DNA of 35,968 nt, taken from Atractiella rhizophila (taxonomy: Eukaryota). The DNA lies in NCBI GenBank assembly GCA_021432655.1, contig MU271644.1, positions 1 to 35,968 on the forward strand. Reading direction: 5' to 3'. The first letter of the stretch is position 1. The number at the start of each line of letters is the position of its first letter. The notes under the pieces were generated by a model. The model was not told the origin of the DNA. It was given only the letters and a program-made list of their open reading frames with translations, and did no database searches. Below, piece after piece: positions 22,382 to 33,701 of the stretch. Made by a program: the position numbers and the translations under genes.

Positions 22382-24642
22382 AAATTGATCTCTTGAAAAT
22401 AAGATGTGTCCAAGTCAATGTAAATAGACTATTCTTATCCATACTCTTATTGCATGTACAGATTATTATTCCTTCCCACCAAATAAAAACTGAGAGAGAA
22501 GTTTGCAGCAGAACAAAGAAAAGATTCTGGACCCATCTTACCCACCTCTCCAGCGATGGAATGAAAGAACGTACAAGTTTGCTTGCATAGGCCCTGCGGC
22601 CACACCACCTCATTCCACACTGTTTACTCGAAGGACATTTTAAGGCATGGGCGGATCGGGACAGCCTCTTGGCAGAGGACTGAAAGCGCGGGAAAGGGGA
22701 TGGAATTGCAGTAAGAGAGAGCAGTACATCATATGTTCTGTTCCAAAGCAAAAGGAGTCGGTTATAAAAGTGCCAACTTGAAAAGAAGTGAAAATGTCAA
22801 GTTAGTCTAGAGGCGAGCGGCTGCTTTCAGCATAGTGCTTGAGTTCAATCCAGAGGAATTAGCAGGTACAATGCGAACTGTTGAGTATCGGACTGCCTCA
22901 CAAGACGGTACACAGATAACAACATATTTACGCCTTCGCTATCGCATTCAACCATTTAGAATAAGTGCAATAAGAGAGCGTACCGCTTTGAATATTACTT
23001 GCCCTCATTCCTGCATGTTGCTTCCACACACACTCTGATACTCCTGCTTCAAGCTCAACCTGTTTGTGACATGGTCGCCATCGAGTCTGGCAGCAACAGT
23101 GGGAGACCTAGTCTACATGTCCGTAACAGAGAAATGTATAACTCCGCTCCGCTTTCCACGTTGACCCTGGCATGCGAAGAAAACAGCAGACTTTGGTGGA
23201 TGTTCTTCAATCCACTGATAAAACGACTGATTTGAAAGACCGAAGTCGGATATGGGGTACCTACCCTCGGGCAGTTGGAGGTCACCTGATTGAGCAGGGT
23301 CCCCTACTACTTGAGCCACGTGATCCTCTCGAAAATCATGATGTAAGAATTCCGGCCGCTGGTGGCAAATCAAGAACCTGTCACCTTTTGCGAAGTGCAG
23401 AAGAACCAAGAACCTCCTCGAACTTCAACACATACATTCAACGACCGGTGGCCCTCCTTCTCCATGCTTCCAACTCTCCACACTCCAGATCGCGCACTGT
23501 GTGTTCTGTAAGAATCAAACCTGGTTCCCACAGTTAGTAAATAAGTGCTGGACGCCTGGGCACTAGTGATTTGGGCCAACAAAGAAAAATGAAGGTAAGC
23601 AGTAATGCTCAGGTTGAAGAGAGAAGGGGTCGTGACAGAAGTGCATGAAAGCTCACTTTTGAAAGAGTGATATTGCCACAGGAAGTTCATCATGCTCATA
23701 AAACTTTCAAGTTTCCTGGTTGTCTGCGCTGCAGTTCATCAAGGGATGCGGGACGGAAGGAGGGGCAAGGGAATGTGAGAAGGGGAGGAGAGTGGGATAT
23801 TCCTGCATTGGTTTTACAGACATAAGTGGAGGGCTCCCAATTCATAGAGCTTTTGTACGCTCTTCCTTCTACTTTCCACTTTGCAATCCTTTCCACGGTG
23901 ATGACTCCAATCTGATATGATGACATGGGTGGTAGAGCAGGCCCTCAACTTCCTCTTACATGCCGCAGTATCACGGTCTCAATACAATTCGCCAACCTCC
24001 CTTCCCACCTGTGACCATAAACGAGCGTACGTTCGAACAGGAAGGACTCTTTCCGGCCTCAGCAACTCATCTCCCCTTCCATCCCTCACTCTGGAACAAC
24101 CCAGCTTCCAAGCACATGTCCCGCAGTCTACAACATCGAACAGATGTGTAGACGACTTCCAGCTGCCCTTTCGTTGAGCTTACACTTATACCGCTCCGCT
24201 TCCATCATTCGGTCGAACGTCCCCTTTGCCTCCTATTTTCATTTCTCTCGCACGATATGTCCAAGGTGGGGTTTGTGAGTCTGTTCCTGTCTCTTCATAG
24301 CCTATCGCATTATGTGCAATGGATACTCTGTTGTATTCTAAGTGCGACCGAACCAAAATGAAGCGCCTGATTATGAAATATTCTCCACCTGAGACCTAGC
24401 TGATACCTTCATATCAGACTTTGATCCGCCTCTGCTCACAACGCTCTATGCAGTGATCACCAACTGATACCACGAAATATATTTCATGATATACGTCTGT
24501 TCACAATGCTTTGTTACATGTTCACTGCCTGAAATGATTCCCTAAGTCGTCTGATGACCTTCTGATGACATGTTTTCAGACTATCGTATTGCCTGACTAC
24601 GTGGTGATCAGCTATGCAAACCCTGACAAACCTGATGGACTG

Positions 24643-24686
24643 ATCAATGTTGATCAGTTAGTTAAGCTTTTCATGATGGTGGTTAC
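24643..24686 (-). repeat. Right terminal inverted repeat of the Plavaka element
   Basis: Reverse-complement match to 15267-15313; the core positions are symmetric (15275 pairs with 24678). Confidence 0.85.
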
Positions 24687-25406
24687 TGTGCAGCGCATAA
24701 TGATGTCTATGCATGATCTTCCCCTGCTTTCAGCATTGTAAGCGTTCTGCAAAGTGGCCAGTACGATGGTGCAGATCCTTTGCAGGTGCAACATTTGCGG
24801 ACTGCTGCTCGACAGTATCAGCAGTATTGCTTGATGTTGACACTTCTCTCATTGCTCTTCCCGTCTAACGCTGCAAAGGCCATATCGCTTTGTCATTTAC
24901 CGAATGCTCCCTCCCGTCGAGCTGCACTTGGTGAATGTAACGCAGTTGGTCCCTACCCCCATATTCTTTGCAAATGTCCTGCAACGTTCAACCCCCATCG
25001 ATGATCTGCTTGAGAAAGCCTATTGAAACAAATCCCTGCAGACACGGTGTCGTGAAGCAAGCTTACCAGTAACGTGATCAAAGATTCCGCCAAGCGAAGC
25101 GAGCACGACCTACTGTCTAGCGCCACGGTTGGACCATACCTAAGATACTCGAGATCCAAAATTGCAGCGAATGTCCAGATGCAGACACAGACCGCCACCA
25201 GGGTCATTCGCCAGAGCCAATTGCAGATGGCAAATTGGCCCTGCTGCTTTGCGAACTTCTTTTAGGATGCCCATTTATATTTCTGCACATGATGGAGAAG
25301 TAACGAGGATTTCATTACTCATGAACACTAGTCCAACGCTCGAGGCCGCACAATGGGTTGTGAAGCTGGTGAAGGCTGATCACACTAAGTATCTATGGGA
25401 CAGCAG

Positions 25407-26912
25407 TAGGGATGGCTATCGTACCGTATCGTCGTCTCAGCACCACTTCCGGACGGTACGTGTCCTGTCTCGGCTCGTATCGTACCGTAACAAATTTCCA
25501 TTGTCAGATACGTACGAGTACGGCGGAAAACGGGAGAATACGACGGATTACGGGTTATATGGCATATAGCAATTTCATCACGTCTTAAGTGTCACGTGTC
25601 ACACTTTCGTCGCTTCTGACCAGCTCTGCAACGTCATCCTCCAATGTCATCAGCTCTATTTGCAAACTCTGTAAGCTGAGATTTCCAAAGGAAGCGCGCA
25701 ATGTGATCCTGAGCATGATAAGGTCGTGTATCTCAGTATCTGGACAATGACAACAAATACCTATGGTATCTGTTAGGGCTGACACTATCTGCGGTCGCCG
25801 ACAGGCGATGCGTCTGTAGTGGAGGTAAACCTAAGTGAATAGTATGGCATGAGGAGACTAACCTGTAGTGGAGGTAAACCTAAGAGAATACTCTGAGGTC
25901 ACCACCACTACATCTCGATGTATATATACATATGTAAAAGCACTGCCATAAACTGTATCATAAGTTTCTTGAAACATGTAAGATAGCTAGATCAGGAAAG
26001 CAATAAAAGGAAAACTCGGAAATAAGACATACTAAGCAGTACAAGTGAGAAAGGACAATAAAGCAATAATTGAGACGGTGCAGACCGGCGAAATGTTTAA
26101 GGTTTGCTGAGCGGCGATTCGTGTGAGACAGGGGAAGGCGGCGATCAGCGAGAACGTGAGCAAAGCGGCGATGGGCAGGCGCGTGGTCCTATGGCATGGT
26201 AAAGTAGGTCACGTGACTTCAGATGGTGCATTTCGGTAATGCGTAGGGGCAAGCCTGACAGTATCACGAGCACCAGAGAAGATGTGCTTGACTCCCACAG
26301 CACAACATATAGCACTGAAAAACCTGAAAACAAGTGAGAACACTTTGGGGAGACACGTTCTGAAATAGTCAGAATATCTCGAGCCAGAAAAGACAAGTTG
26401 TGCAAGTTGTGCTTTGACTCTTACTTCAAAAGGAAAGTGGATCAGCTCCCATGCCAGGGTTACATGCTTGAAGAGATGGTTAATTTCCTTCATTACTCTA
26501 TTTTCATCCGCTCCCGCCTTTGGACCATGACCGATAGAAGCGAGATAATCAAGAATGGAGAGAGTCGAAGACATTTATATGCTTGAGGAGAGGAAGGATG
26601 TGTTATCGGTGCTCGTCTTGTTTCATAAGCTGCAACCTCAATGTGTCAGTTTTGTTGAAGAATCTAAGAACGCTGAAAAGGAAGCACGGACCATCGCCTC
26701 CACTGTCCTCCTTTGTAACCCATTGCTCCAGCTGCAAATTGCCTTCCGCCACCGTAACCTGTAATATGACGGATTTTCTGGATGAAAACGGACGGGACGT
26801 GGAGGATGGCGTATCGTATCGTATTGTCCCGAAGAACAGTCAAGCAGGACGGACGGTTACGGTACACGTATCGGACACGTACGTCTGGGACTGTGCGATC
26901 CGATTGCCACTA
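25407..26912 (-). mobile_element. Non-autonomous hAT-family element (1506 bp deletion derivative)
   Basis: 8 bp TSD GACAGCAG (25399-25406, 26913-26920); TIRs TAGGGATGGCTATCG vs TAG---TGGCAATCG; subterminal CGTAC/CGTAT/GGACGG repeats at both ends; internal transposase remnant. Confidence 0.88.
26209..26500 (-). pseudogene. Degenerate hAT C-terminal dimerisation-domain fragment
   Basis: NLSFLARDILTI ... AVGVKHIFSGARDTV in different frames, matching the hAT dimerisation consensus LxxLARDILxIPxSxVxVERxFSxxRD. Confidence 0.75.
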
Positions 26913-27934
26913 GACAGCAGCAAGTCTGAGAAGTGCTAGTAGGGTTAGGGATGTGGCGGTTTATTTATCTCCAGCATTGATCTGCCTGAGAGACGCAAAC
27001 GACAACCAACGACAGCTCTCTATAACACCTTAACTGGTTAACATGAGAGCGAAATGGGTGAGTGTTTACATGTGTTCTATGTGGCCTGGAACTGATCACG
27101 CTCTGAATGTAGAGAAAGAAAAGGGTGAGGCGCCTGAAGCGCAAGCGACGAAAGATGAGGGCCAGATCCAGTATGCCTATTCCATTTTACGATCGATTGC
27201 GACAGCGCAGTTTACTGATTGATGGTTTGTTTCGTAGAGTAAACGTCTTCCTCGAACGGTAGCTCTTTGAACCGTTCTCTATACGTCTTCCCTCCCACGC
27301 TCACGACAAAACCGACCTCATCAATCGTCTCACATCTCATGTCTCGTCACATCTACAGTGTTATGGATCTCATGGATGCTTGGATTTAATCAAACTCAAC
27401 ATGATATATGCTCCGGATGGTGAGGTCAAGGTGGGTAGTTTGGGGGAGAAGTGGGATGGATTTGGGACGTTACTTCTCTAGCAACAAACAAAATTTATCC
27501 ATGCAATTCCTTTGTACCGAATTTCTGCTCCCCACGCCGCTTTACCCAACGCAGGATGTTGGTTTTCCAGTTGGGACCGATTCAATTCGGTTGATTTCTG
27601 GAGTCTTTCTTTTTCTCCTATCTTCTTCTCCTATCAGCTCATCAACTCAGTTTTTCGAGGCCCGCTCAACCTGACTGCTTGACATCTCTCCGCCTCTGCT
27701 CGTTTGTTTGCCTGCCAGGACCTTTTGAGTGAATCCTTGCCTCCTTTCAGCAGATCGATGATGAATGTGGATATGCGTCGGGCTAAAGGTTGAAAACGGA
27801 TCTGACATCACTGGCAGCGTGCCCAACCGAGTCCGATTCTGGGGTGTGGCGTATATCGGGGACTGGATAAAAGCATTGCTTCCCAAGGTTCCACTCAAAT
27901 CGCGTTGCATTTTAGAGCACAGAACAAACTCGCC

Positions 27935-29458
27935 ATGAAGTTTGAGAACTTGAATGCGAAGAAGCGTTGGAGGCAAGACGTGGAAGACGAGCATGAGTCA
28001 GAAAATCTGTCAGAACAAAGAGGTGACTCGCCCGCAGACTTGAAAGGAAGTTTGCAAGACGACCACTTTGCTTTTGGCCTGAAAAGCGTCGGTGCAGGTA
28101 AGTGCGTTTCTCTGACTTAACATGGCGCTGAACCGATTTTACTTTGTGGAGGGCTGGACAGGGATCCCACACCTCGACCATTTCGGAGTTCAAAACAAAG
28201 GGTCCTTAATGACCTTGTACCCAATCCCAACCCGAATCTAGGAACAAAAATGAACGGTTCGATGTATCGTGCAAGACGCTCCCTTCCTATCTATCAGCAC
28301 GAGGAGGAGGAGGTGATACCATTTCCGACTGCGCCGCCTTTGCCCAGGACTGCTTCGCTCGGACGGTCTGGGCTTGGGGAACGTACGACAAGAAGTGGGC
28401 TGTGGGATCGAGATGACTTGGGCACAATGGGGATGGAGACGGATTCACTTGGAGGAAGTCTGGCTGGCGCAAGCTACTCCGATCCTTTCGACAATTTTGT
28501 GAACACTGCGTCAGAAAAGAGGAAGTTTGGAAACTCGATTCGCATTCCTCCTAATGGCATACCGAGGTCTTCAAGCGCTACAATTCGACAGCCATCGCAA
28601 TACATGGCCCAATCATCCACTCTTGATGGTCTTTATCCCAATCACGGCAACAGCTATGACAGTCTCCCTCGACCGAGGAGCGCTTATGCCTCCCGCCAGG
28701 TTCCTACCGCCACCTCAACCTATGGATTCACCTCTAATACATACACTTCACCATCGTCCTCCCTCGACGACGAATCACCTACTAGACAGTCGCACTTCCC
28801 TACGTATTCATCTTTCCAGAAGAGGCATCTCCCTCTCGACATCCCTTCCGCACCGTCCATTGCAATCCACGAGCCAACGCCACTGACCAGCAACCCAACA
28901 ACGTCACTTCCCCTCCCACGAGCAAGGAGGCGATCTATGCCCAATGGACCGGCCGGAAATACTTTCCTCCATCCCTCTCCCCCGACGACTCGTCAACCAC
29001 CTTCTCCGACCGATACCCTCCATCCCCACTCCCATCACTACTCTCGCTCTCGTACCCGCTCGCATTCCATACCCGATCCTCCAGTCAATAACGAGCTGTC
29101 TGAATTCACTATTTCTCACGGTTCCTCGGTAGAGGGGAGCAGAATCTCAAAAGTGGTCGGGACGATCACTATGCATGGATCTCGACTTGGATTGGGGAGA
29201 CCGAGGAATAAGGAGGAGATGTTTGAACAGAGGAGGGTGCTCCTCAATTCGGTGGTTAGGAAAGCGAGGAAGGAAGGAGCTTCCGCTCTGGTCAAGACTA
29301 ATTTCGTGAACGGACCTGACGGGAGCACCGTCGAAGCTGTGGCTGTCGTACTCGTTCCCGATGTAGACATCGACGTCCCACAGATGGAAGATGCGGAGAG
29401 TTTTGACGGGACGGCTCCTACTGGAGGATATTATGGATATGGAAGAGGATTAGCTTAA
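27935..29458 (+). CDS. Hypothetical protein: long Ser/Pro-rich disordered region with a C-terminal YbjQ/UPF0145-like domain
   Basis: 402 aa ORF at 28250-29458, probably extended by an exon at 27935-28097 (donor GTAAGT). The C-terminus FTISHGSSVEGSRISKVVGTI...EQRRVLLNSVVRKARKEGASALV...VEAVAVVL follows the YbjQ pattern. Confidence 0.7.
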
Positions 29459-29945
29459 GCGTTCGGCGCTCTCATAAAATTCGTTAATACCTAATGCTTT
29501 CAATCGATCGGTGGATACCCTTGCCTTGTGTCTTTTCGGTACTCTACAATCTTCACAACTCTTCGCCTTGCTAGAAGTGAACACCTTCCGTTTCGCATCA
29601 GTGCAATCAATGATCAATCGCAGCAGGCCTTTCCTTCTTCGTCTTCAATTCAGTCCCACCTCAATCTGCTTTGTTCGCTCAATTATCTCCACTTCTCAGT
29701 CTCAGCTTTTACGATGTTCAACCATCATCTGTACTTTTCTCTTCATTTCTCTTCTTTCGGCAAATCCATCGAATAGTCACTACTTAATTCTTACGTTCAA
29801 AGGTATCTTGTCGTTGTAACATCATGTCAAAGTTAGGATCAAAGATCTCAAATGCAAATTCACTCTGCTTGCTTCTGAGGTGGTGATCCAGATATCCAGA
29901 CGCAAAGCAATCGACAACAGTCTTACAAATGACGCTTCTCTTGAT

Positions 29946-31929
29946 TTAAGCATCCTCCGTCCAATCCTTCCACAATCTAGCCACCTTTTCCTCAGCCCAC
30001 TTCCGCTCCCCCTTCTCTCCCACCTCATTTCTCCTCTCCCACACCTTCAGCACCACCGGATGATAAGCGCACAGTCCCAGCTCCCCTACGATCCAAAACG
30101 CAAGACGCCAAGGAAAGATATCGACCGTGAGGTACAACGCGACGGTTACAATGAACACAAGGGCGATGATGGGCTCCGGAGGACGAGAGGCGAGGTTGGG
30201 GACGATGAGGTCGAACGCGGCGCAGTAGAGGCCGAGGAGGTTTTGGATGTTCTGGAGGTTGGCGAGGTAGTCGATGGAACCTTCAGTGGGAGGTGCTAGT
30301 GGGTGAGGGGTCGGTGTGGTTGGAGAGATCGGGTTCAGGGCTGGTGCAGCCGGCATGGGAGAGGAGGGTGGAGTGCTGTTTTGGCTGGAGGCCGAACTGG
30401 AAGGCTCTTGCGTCGTTGGTGGTGGTGCAAGAGTGGACGACGAAGTTGTTGTCGTCGGCGCCGACGCCGGTTTGGACGCAGAGGAGACTTGAGATGTTTT
30501 AGACGGAAGGGATAGGAAGAGAGCTAGGAGCAGGGTCGTCGGAAGAGCAAATAAAAGCTTAGGCTTGTAACCTTCAGTAATTTCTTAGGTTGATGAACTA
30601 CAGCAGCAATGAAATGACGCACAAATTAAGCTCCATAGAACAGAAACGAAGATTGCTCGTGATGGTTGCTCCCATGTTAAGATTTGAAGAATGGTATCCT
30701 GTAGTGCGAAGAGAGGGCCAGATCGCTGAATGAACCTATTCGTACGCGGAAGAGGAAGAATGTCAGTACTGAAAAATGCAAAACAAAGCGCTTCAGGAGG
30801 CTTGCGAATGGTCCCACGAGATCCAGTCCTAGAAACTCTACGAAATCACCAACAAGTCTTCACGATAATGGCTCTGGGAAGAGAAAGGTACAACGTCCAA
30901 GATATGGAACACTCTCACCAATCAGAGATAGAAGGACCTCCAGGAACAGGTAACAATGAACCCACAGATGAAACAAACTGCATGATAACGCAGACCACAA
31001 GGATCAACTGCCAACTTGGATACTGCGCACTTCGCAATCTCATCCAGTGAAGCAGGAAGAACGAGTCGAATCAGGATGACCATCTGTACATTCGAGAGCA
31101 AGTACCGAGACCCAAACTTATCAAGTAGAGATGACTTGAACAAGATGGCATCCCATAAAGATTACAAATGAAGGAATACGCTTTCGATACGGAAAGGATG
31201 AAACTGCGCCGTATTAATGAGCAGCCATCTGATTGTGCTGTCCGATATTTTCGTAAACTAGTAGAAATTATCGGAGAAATACCTCCAGGTAAGTGGGGTC
31301 TGTAGGCACTATCAGATTTTCTGTTCAACTGACTACACGCTCTCTGCCCAACTCATGAGTATGAGCTGTATTCTGGAAGGACAATGTTAGACTCTCAATG
31401 CTACGCCGTATGTCCTGATTGGGAGCATCTGCAACTGCCCTCTTGGATATTTCGTGTAACGAGCGAATCAGAGCTGTTGATCTGCACAATCGAGAGCACT
31501 TGATGGCCCTCTGCTTTCAAGAAGAGATGAGCTGAACGAAACCTGCTCTTTCAAGTTTACAAACGACAATGAATATCAATAAATCGTCTCAGTCGAACCT
31601 CAGCATTTCACCCACGTTATGGCCACAACAACAATATGTTGTGTCCCTCCCAAACCCAAAGGTCCAAACCAAAGCCGCCAGACCAGAACCCAAACACTCA
31701 CCTCGTAAAATTAGCGCTAGTAGTCTGCAAACTAAGTGCCTCCTTTCCCTTCACCACGCTCCCCGCCGGCGGAAACTCAAAGTCGTCCTCCACGCTCTCC
31801 TGCACGATCCTCACAAAGTCAGAGACGAGCTTCGCGCGTATGTCTCCCTCTTCGCGGCGTATGGCGGAGTGCGTGGAAGGTGCGGGTCGCGAGGAGCGTG
31901 CCGGAGGGTGGGAGGAGGTCGGAGGCCAT
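29946..31929 (-). CDS. Pex24p-domain integral membrane peroxin (Pex23/28-32-like); start uncertain
   Basis: KEALSLQTTSANFTR|FIQRSGPLFALQDTILQILTWEQPSRAIFVSVLWSLIC|YKPKLLFALP...EGSIDYLANLQNIQNLLG...IFPWRLAFWIVG..AYHP. Introns at 30736-31701 and about 30572-30622. Using ATG 31929 needs one frameshift. Confidence 0.82.
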
Positions 31930-32116
31930 ATCTGCCTTGGATTATTGGTGGGATATCACTCCCTCCTCTAGGAAATGGTTAGGTGGTGACGTTTTCAGGT
32001 GGAGATAACGCCGACAGGTACCGCGTCATACCCGCTCCGTTCCAAAAAATTTCTGAACTCTGCGATCGAATCTCCATCTACTCTCCCGAGAGAGCCATTG
32101 ACATCCATTTCTGATT

Positions 32117-33701
32117 ATGTCAAAAACAAACACCCTAAAGCGGGCTCCTTCCTCGGTATCCTCCGGGGGAGCTCAAAAACCGCCGTAGCACCATCGACGA
32201 ATCGGCGCGCTGAAGAGGGGGAGGACGAGATGGGCGAGTTTGAGGATGAGTGGGAGGACGAGTTCGAGGAGGAGGACATCATCAGTAACCCCGGACAGCG
32301 ATGCGGAGCGGGAAGCAGAGGAAGATGAGCGGATGGAGAACTGTGGCTGAGGAAGCTGAGAAGATGAAGATCGACGGTGCGTCTTCTGAAGAAGAAGAAG
32401 AAGAGGAGGAGGAGGAGGAAGAGGTCGTGGCGCACTTGCCGGGTCAGAAATTGGAGGAGGGCCATGAACTTAAGCCGGATATGGCTGTCTATCCGCTTTT
32501 GCACTCTATGTCTCTCAAATGGCCTTCACTTTCGTTCGATGTCCTTGCAGACGGCCGGGGAGACGAGAGACGCAAGTTTCCTATGGACGTCACTGTCGTA
32601 GCCGGACACAGGCAGGCGTGAGAGGAGAGGATGAAGTGGTTGTCATGCGATGGGAAGGTCTGAGTCGAACAGACAAAGGTTCGTCATGTTCCCTCACAGC
32701 CCACGCTCCTTTCTTTGGCAAAATTGACATTGATGGGGAGTATTGCAGATCNNNNNNNNNNNNNNNNNNNNNNNNNNNNNNNNNNNNNNNNNNNNNNNNN
32801 NNNNNNNNNNNNNNNNNNNNNNNNNNNNNNNNNNNNNNNNNNNNNNNNNNNNNNNNNNNNNNNNNNNNNNNNNNNNNNNNNNNNNNNNNNNNNNNNNNNN
32901 NNNNNNNNNNNNNNNNNNNNNNNNNNNNNNNNNNNNNNNNNNNNNNNNNNNNNNNNNNNNNNNNNNNNNNNNNNNNNNNNNNNNNNNNNNNNNNNNNNNN
33001 NNNNNNNNNNNNNNNNNNNNNNNNNNNNNNNNNNNNNNNNNNNNNNNNNNNNNNNNNNNNNNNNNNNNNNNNNNNNNNNNNNNNNNNNNNNNNNNNNNNN
33101 NNNNNNNNNNNNNNNNNNNNNNNNNNNNNNNNNNNNNNNNNNNNNNNNNNNNNNNNNNNNNNNNNNNNNNNNNNNNNNNNNNNNNNNNNNGCACATGAGA
33201 GCGATGTGAATGTTATGAGTTGGAACAAACATTCGACTTATTTGCTCCTCACCGGTGGAGACGAGGGAGGAATCAAGGTGTGGGACTTTAGGAACTTTCA
33301 ATCGTTCGTCCTCCTCCCTCCTCTCCCTCACCCCTATCACCACAAATACGATTCTAATTAACGATGTGCATAGAAAAACGAACACCCCGACCCCCGTCGC
33401 CTCGTTCTCATGGCACACAGCTCCCATAACGTCGATCGAATGGCACCCGTCCGAAGATTCCTGTTTCGCCGCCTCAGGAGCCGACGACCAAGTGACGCTG
33501 TGGGACCTTTCAGTGGAAATCGACGAGGAAGAATCGACCGCAAAAGGCCAGAAAGGGTTGGAGAAGGTCCCGCCGCAATTGTTGTTCATACATCAGGGAC
33601 AGAAGGAGGTCAAGGAGATACATTGGCACCCTCAGATTCCGGGAGTTGTGGTATCGACTGCGGTGGAGGGTTTTAATGTTTGGAAGAGCATTAGTATCTA
33701 G
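32117..33701 (+). CDS. RRB1: Ribosome assembly protein Rrb1 / GRWD1 (glutamate-rich WD40 protein), spans the N gap, apparent frameshifts in the 5' part
   Basis: [46 protein letters not shown](TQA); [89 protein letters not shown]. Confidence 0.93.
32752..33190. other. Assembly gap (439 N)
   Basis: Run of N inside RRB1. Confidence 0.99.

Larger units (their letters stand above)
15267..24686. mobile_element. Plavaka-type (CACTA/EnSpm-related) DNA transposon, ~9.4 kb, both ends present
   Basis: Imperfect ~45 bp TIRs with a 17 bp perfect core (CATCATGAAAAGCTTAA 15275-15291; reverse complement at 24662-24678). Flanking duplication TGT (15264-66 / 24687-89), or CTGTG if the ends lie 1 bp inward. 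Four TGATCA sites at each end; internal transposase. Confidence 0.85.

Noticed and set aside
15267..24686. TET/JBP or other DNA-modifying cargo, reported with some fungal Plavaka/KDZ elements
   Set aside because: No recognisable HxD...H 2-oxoglutarate dioxygenase region was found in the element.
15093..25288. 12 bp inverted match GTGCAGAAATAT (15093 / about 25277-25288) as alternative transposon ends
   Set aside because: Short, asymmetric relative to the longer TIR pair and without a TSD.
25814..25884. CRISPR-like repeat-spacer-repeat
   Set aside because: Only two repeats, eukaryotic context, inside a hAT element and no cas genes.
26940..26953. TAGGGTTAGGGATG: telomere-like repeat or a second hAT end
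   Set aside because: Under two TTAGGG units, and no partner TIR or TSD was found.
32519..33589. Long ORFs spanning the N run
   Set aside because: Their length comes from translating N as X.
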